NCBI RefSeq assembly: GCF_009914755.1
Contig: NC_060934.1
Source: the human T2T-CHM13v2.0 reference genome, Homo sapiens
Direction: 5' to 3' (one strand)
DNA: 64,000 nucleotides
Part shown: positions 56,228 through 64,000 of the stretch, in pieces
Numbering within the stretch: position 1 is the stretch's first letter
Layout: every line of letters begins with the position of its first letter
Program-made: the position numbers and the translations under genes
The notes under the pieces: generated by a model
Told to the model about the DNA's origin: nothing
The model's database searches: none
The model's input: the letters and a program-made list of their open reading frames with translations, nothing else

Positions 56228-56530
56228 GCTGGGTGTGGTGTCTCATGCCTGTAATCCCACCACCTTGGGAGGTTGAGGCAGGAGGAATGCTTAAGCTCAG
56301 GAGTTTGAGACCAGCCTAGGCAACAGAGCAAGACCTCAACTATACGGAAAATCAAAAAATTAGCCTGGAATAGTGGTGCACGCCTGTGGTCCCAGCTACT
56401 CAGGAGGCTGAGGCAGGAGGATCACTTGAGCCCAGGAAGTCAAGGCTGCAGTGAGCCGTGTTCATGCCACTGCACTCCAGCCTGGGTGACAGAGCAAGAC
56501 CCTGTCTCAAAAAAAGAAAGAAAGAAAACA
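56228..56530 (+). mobile_element. AluJ
   Basis: Both arms, A-rich tail. Confidence 0.9.
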
Positions 56531-58078
56531 GAAAAACAATAGTCAATGATGAAACCAAAAGTTGGTTCTTTTAAAAAATCAGCAAAATTGACAAACCTTT
56601 AGCTAGACTGACTAAGAAAAAAAAGGCTCAAATTGCTAAAATAAGAAATGAAATCAAGAATATTACTACCAATATTACAGAAATTAAAAGGATTATAAGA
56701 GAATACTATGAAAATTCTACACCAACAAATTAGGTAACTTAGATGAAATAGAAAATTCCTAGAAACACACAAACTATAAAAACCAATTCAAAAAGTAATA
56801 GAAAATTTTAATAGACCTAAAACAAGTAAATAATTGAATCAGTTATCAAAAACCTCCCAAAAAAGAAAAGCCCAGGACAAGAAGGCTTCACTGATGAATT
56901 CTATCAAACATTTAAAGAAAAATTACACCAATACTACTCAAATGTTTCCAAAAAATAGAAGAGGAGGGAACACTTTCTAATATATTATATGAGGCCAGCA
57001 GTACCTTGATACCAAAGCCAGAGAAAGACATCACAAGAAAATTACAGACCAATATCCCTTATGAATACATACACAAAGACAAAAACGTTCAATAAAATAC
57101 TAGCAAACTGATTCCAGCAGCACATTGAAAGGATTATAACTATGACCAAGTGTCATTTATCCTAAGATTGCAAGAGTAGTCCGCACAATCAAACAATATA
57201 ATATACCTCATTAACAGAACAAATTTAAAAACTCACATGATCATGTCAATTGATGTAGAAAAAAAAAATTGACAAAATCCAGCACACTTCAATGATTAAA
57301 AAAAATATATGCAACAGACTTGGAATAAAAGGGAACTTCCTCAACATGATAATGGGAATTTACAGAAAACCCATCATAACTTCATACTCAATGATAAAAG
57401 ACTGAAAGCTTTCCAACTAAGATCAGGAACGAGACAAGGATGTCCCACTTTTTGTCACTTTGATTCAACACTGTAATAAAAATTCTAGTCATGGCAATTA
57501 GGCAAGAAGAAGAAATAAAAGGCACCCAAACTGAAAAGATGTAAAACAATTTCTATTCACAGATTAATGAGTCTATATATATAGAGAAAGTCATATAGAA
57601 TCCACAAAAACCCTACTAGAGATAATACATAAATTTGGCAAAGTTGCAGAGTATAAGATTAATATGCAAAAATCAGTTATATTTTTATACATCACCACTG
57701 AAAAATCTGGAAAAGAATTAATAAATCAATTCCATTTACAATAATATCAGAAAGAAAAAACCTAGAAATAAAGTTTATCTAAAAAGTGTGTGTACAAAGA
57801 AACCTACAAAATATTACTGAAAGAATATAAAGATTAAATAAATGGAAAGTCATCCCATGTTCTTGGATCAAAAGACTTAAGACAGTACTCCTCAAAGGAA
57901 TCTATAGATTTAATGCAATCACTGCCAAAATTTCAATGGCTTTTTTTTTTCAAATGGAAAAACCTGATCCTCAAATTCATATGAAGCTGCAAAGGATCAT
58001 GAATAGCCAAAACAATATTGAAAACAAAAAGTTGGATGGCTAACATTTCCCTACTTCAAAGAAGAAAACAGGGACTGA

Positions 58079-58410
<332 letters not shown>

Positions 58411-58461
58411 GAAAACAGGGATAAATCTTCATGACTTCAGATTTGATTCTTAGATATTTAC

Positions 58462-58778
<317 letters not shown>

Positions 58779-59594
58779 TGATTCTTAGATTTAACACCAA
58801 AAACATGAGACAATCCACAGAAGGGGATAAAATATTGGCAAATTATATAAGGGTTTAATGTCCAGAACATATAAAAAACTCCTATAACTCAACAACAAAA
58901 CCTAATTTGAAAATGGGCAAAAGACTTCAGTAGTCATTTGTCCAAAGATATACAAATGGTCAACAAGCATATGAAAAGATGCTCAATGTCATTAGTCATT
59001 AGAGAAATTTACATCAAGAATAAACCCACTAAGATGGCTGTAATTAAAAAGCAAGCAAGCAAACAACAAAAAAGAGAAACAATAACAAGTTTTGATAGGG
59101 ACGTAGAGAAAGTGAAACCCACATACTTTGCTGGTGGGAATATGAAATGGTGCAGCTACTATGGAAAACAGTTTTTAGTGCCTCAATCAGTTAAACATAC
59201 AATGACCATACGATCCAGCAATTCCACTTCTAGGTATATATCCCCAGAGAACTGAAAACAGGTTTTCAAAAACTTGTGCATGAACAGTTATAGGCACCAC
59301 AATAGCCAAAAGGTGGAAATAGCCCAAATATTCACCAGCTGATGAATGGATAAACAAAATGTATATCCATAAAATGAAATATGATTTGGTCACAAAAGAA
59401 GAATGAAGACTGATACATGCTACAACATGGTTAAATCTTAAAAACATGCTAAGTGAAAGAAGCCAGAAAACAAAGGCCACATATTGTATGATTCCATTCA
59501 TACAAAATACTAAGAATAGGCAAATCCATACAGAAAATGCAGATTAGTGGTGTCCAGGGGCTAAGGGAAGAGGTGGATGGGGAATAATTGCTTA

Positions 59595-59951
<357 letters not shown>

Positions 59952-60483
59952 CTAGATAGCAGTACTAGCTGCACAACTTTGCGATGTATTAATTGCCACT
60001 GACTTGCACACTTTAAATGGTTAAAATAGTACATTTTATGTTATGTGTATTATACCACAATAAAAATATCTCTAAAAAACTAAGTTACAAAGCAATCAAC
60101 ACACCTAGATCAGAGATGACAGGTGTTAGAACTATCAGATGGGAAATTTAAAATAATTATGACTAATTTCCTTATAAAGAGTATAGCATGGAACAGTGGA
60201 GAAAAAGTAACTTTATAGTAAAGAAGCCTGACAAAACTCTACCTCAATTCAGGTGGTCAAGATTCAATAAACAGTGATGACATGTTGATAGCATGTATCC
60301 TTGAAATCATGTGCTGAGAGGGCATTTTACCTCTGTGGTCTCTTTCTCCATACTCCAGGCGAATAGTGATAAATACATCAGAGAAACCACAGTTGAGGGA
60401 CATTCCACAAAATAACTGACTATTACTCTACAATAAACTGTCAAGGTCATCAAAAACAAGACAAAACTGAGAAACTGTCACTA

Positions 60484-60819
<336 letters not shown>

Positions 60820-61139
60820 CTAAATAAAATGCATCCTGATGAGATCCTGGAACAGAAAAATGACCTTAAGTAAAAACTAAGGAAAAGTGAATAAAGTTTG
60901 TACTTTAGTTAATAATAATGTGTCAATATTAGTTCAATAGTTGTGGCAAATGTACCATACTGATGGAAAATAATAAAATATAAGAAACTGGATAAGGGGT
61001 ATATGAGAATTCTCTGTACTATCTTTACAACTTTTCTAAAACAAAAATTTTTGGAAAGGATAGACAACATGCATGAACAAATGGGGAATTTCAGCAGAGG
61101 GATGGAAAGTATAAGTTAAACAGAAATACTAAATGTAAG

Positions 61140-61175
61140 TCTATCTATCTGTCTGTCTATCTATCTATCTATCTA
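61140..61175. repeat. (TCTA/TCTG)n tetranucleotide repeat
   Basis: tctatctatctgtctgtctatctatctatctatcta. Confidence 0.9.
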
Positions 61176-62419
61176 CAATAATATGGTAACAGATATTTTG
61201 CCTTTGATGGGCTCATTATCAGACTAGACACAGCATAAGAATGAATGAACTTGAATATAGGGCAATAGTAATTACCCAAACTGAAACATAAAGAGAACAA
61301 AGAGTGAAAAACAATGAGTATGGAATATCTAAGAGATGTGGAACAGTATCAGACAATCTGACACGTGTGTAATTGGAATCCCAGTAGAAAAAGAGAGAGC
61401 GAAAGGGGCAGAAGAAATATTCAGAGATAATAAATAAGAATTTTCCAAAGATAATGACAAATATCAAATCACAGATTGAGGAAGCTCAGAGAAGCTCAAG
61501 AATCTCACGCACACATGTGCATACCGCCCCCTATCCCCACCTAGACACATTGTGTTCAAACTGCTGAAAAACAAATAAAAAATCTCAAAGCCAGACACAT
61601 TAAATTCAGATGAACAAAGATAAAAAATATAGCAGAAACCTTGTCAGAAACTATCTAGATGTTCAGAAGAAAATGAACATCTTTAAAATGAAAAGAGAGA
61701 GAGAGAGAACAAATGAACGAACCTGGCAATCCAGTGAATCTAGCAAAGTATCTTTCAACAATGAAGGTGATTAAAAACTTTTTCAGATAAAGAAAAATGG
61801 AGAGAATTCATTACTAGCAGGCTTGTACTTCAATTAAGTTAAAGGAAGTTCTTTAAGCAGAAGGTAAATGATACAAGATGGAAATTTGGATCTACACAAT
61901 GAAATAAAGATCTTTTGAAATAGTGAAAATTAAGGTAAATAGAAAATACCTCTTTTCACATTTTTATTATTCTAAAAGATAATTGTCTAAAGCAAAAAAT
62001 AATAGCAATATGTTTTGTGTTTATAGCATTTGTAAAAATAAAATGTACAGTAGCATTATCATCTAATTCCCAAATAGCACAAAATCCGCAAATATTTAGA
62101 AATTAAATAACACGCTTTTAAATAACCCATGAATCAAATAGGAAGTCACAACAGAAATTAGAAAATATGTAAAAGAAAATTAAAACACAAAATATTAAAA
62201 TTTGTAGAATACAGATAAAATAAAGCTTATAGGGAATATTTTTTTAGGACTCAATTATACCTAAAGCTTATACAGAAATAACATTAAATGTTCATATTAG
62301 AAAAGAAGTAAGGTCTGAAATCAACTAACTAAGCTTATCTAAGATTATCTTTGCCTGAGTAGGCTGGGCCTAAAAAAACGATGGCATACTAGAATGGACA
62401 TTTAGCTCTGTGATCCTTC

Positions 62420-62540
62420 TTGAACCTTAGAATTATGGAGGGAGCTTTTAAAAAATACTCATCCTGGGGGTGGGGTCTGAGCACATTTATAAAGTTCTTC
62501 AAATGATTCTAATGTGCAACCACAGTTAGGAAACCACTGA
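62420..62540. mobile_element. MER5-type hAT DNA transposon fragment
   Basis: ggggtggggtctgagcac...tgattctaatgtgcaaccacagttaggaaaccactg. Confidence 0.7.
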
Positions 62541-62634
62541 CTTAATTGAATTAAAATTACTTATGAAAATGGGAGAATAATGTAAAATATTTGGTACAGC
62601 AGGCAATATGTTTTGTCTTTAAACAAGTATAATT

Positions 62635-62941
62635 GGCCAGGTGCAGTGGCTCCTGCCTGTTAATTCCAGCACTCTGGGAGGCCAGAGCAGGAGGATCACT
62701 TGAGCTCAGGAGTTTGAGAACAGCCTGGGCAACATATTAAGACTCTGTTTTTACAAAAAACTAATTTTAAAACAATTAGCTGGGTGTGGTGGTGTGAACC
62801 TGTACTCCCAGCTACTTGGGAGGTGAAGGTGGGAGGATCTATTGAGCCTAGCTAAGGGTTAAGGCTGCAGTGAGCCATGATTGTGCCACAAGACTCTAGC
62901 CTGAGTAACAAAGCAAGACCTTGAATTAAAATAAAAATAAA
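62635..62941 (+). mobile_element. AluJ abutting a CFAP43 splice donor
   Basis: TSD aagtataatt at 62625-62634 and 62942-62951. Confidence 0.92.
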
Positions 62942-62953
62942 AAGTATAATTAC

Positions 62954-63113
62954 CCGAATCACAGAATTCAAGTCTTCAATTATGTTCTTGTTGATGAGAA
63001 TTGCATCAGAATACTCCAGTACTAGCTGGAAATTTTCCAGTTCTACTTGTCCTTGTTTAAGAAGAATTTGGATTGTCAAATTCAACTGGAATCTCACTTT
63101 CTCTTCCTGTAAT
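62954..63113 (-). CDS. CFAP43: CFAP43 exon (160 nt)
   Basis: aattcag|A TTA CAG GAA ... GTG ATT CGG|gtaatt; [53 protein letters not shown], in frame with the next exon. Confidence 0.92.
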
Positions 63114-63441
63114 CTGAATTGAAAAGTACTTCAAAGCAAGTAGTTGTAATATATTTCAAATTTCACCTATTATCTGAGAATATAAAAATCGAATCAGCTT
63201 AAGGAAAACATGCTGGAGATTAGTGTGGAGAATATTTTCCTGATGATGAGCTTTCCTAGAGGTCTCTCTGAAACCTCTTCCTATTGATGCAGAATTATAC
63301 CTGGGTTGCTCAAAAAATGGTATGGACAGAAATACATTTATAGATTTTTACTTTAGGATTAAGAAAAGATTGTATAATTTTGACGGTAATAAAAGTAAAG
63401 TAAAAATGAAGAAAATAGAGACACTTTTAAATAACAAATCT

Positions 63442-63750
63442 GGCCAGGCGCAGTGGCTCATGCCTGTAATCCCAGCATTTTGGGATGCCGAGGTGGGTGG
63501 ATCATCTGAGGTCAGGAGTTCGAGACTAGCCTGGCCAACATGGCGAAACCCCATCTCTACTAACAATACAAAAATTAGCCAGGGGTGGTGACAGGCACCT
63601 GTAATCCCAGCTGCTTGGGAGGCTGAGGCATGAGATCTCTTGAACCTGGGAGGTGGAGACTGCAGTGAGCCCAGATCGTGCCACTGCACTCCAGCTTGTG
63701 TGACAGAGTGAGGCTCCATTTCAAAATAAATAAATAAATAAATAAAATAA
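63442..63750 (+). mobile_element. AluSx-like with (AAAT)n tail
   Basis: Full-length Alu. Confidence 0.93.
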
Positions 63751-64000
63751 CTCTATTAAAATTCTGAACTTATTTATTGATTTCTGATACTATACTAACA
63801 ATATTTAATATGTAAGTTACTTAACAAATCTATTTCTGGGTAATTCATATCCTCGCTATAGCCTAGATCTAAAAATGATGTGTTCTCAATGAATTTGGGA
63901 ACATCAGAGAAGTATTTATCGATGAGGCTATAAATATAGCCAAAAAATGAAGCAAGGACTTAAATATCTTAATCACTTAGTAAACAACAAGTTCCCCTAA

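Noticed and set aside
56535-58070. Reverse-transcriptase-like motifs
   Set aside because: Decayed L1 ORF2 with stops, frameshifts and a broken catalytic motif; not an active or novel RT.

Overview
Primate (most likely human) genomic DNA. The gene order, recognised from the translated exons, matches the COL17A1-SFR1-CFAP43 locus. The window holds: the 5' end of COL17A1 on the minus strand (non-coding exon 1 and coding exons 2-3, [32 protein letters not shown]); about 35 kb of repeat-rich intergenic DNA (Alu, L1, L2, MIR, MaLR and ERV1 LTRs); a CpG island with the complete 4-exon SFR1 gene on the plus strand (245 aa); and the last five exons of CFAP43 on the minus strand, converging on SFR1. 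All exon boundaries were read by hand from GT-AG sites and phase arithmetic. I found no evidence for a new protein-coding system; most ORFs in the track are repeat-derived or chance. The best leads are cis-regulatory or structural: a strong-Kozak uORF overlapping the COL17A1 start, a perfect forkhead palindrome, p63/p53-type elements, duplicated E-boxes, a MYC-like G-quadruplex, alternative SFR1 5' and 3' ends, and an Alu inserted into a CFAP43 splice donor. Repeat subfamily calls are by eye and their boundaries are approximate.
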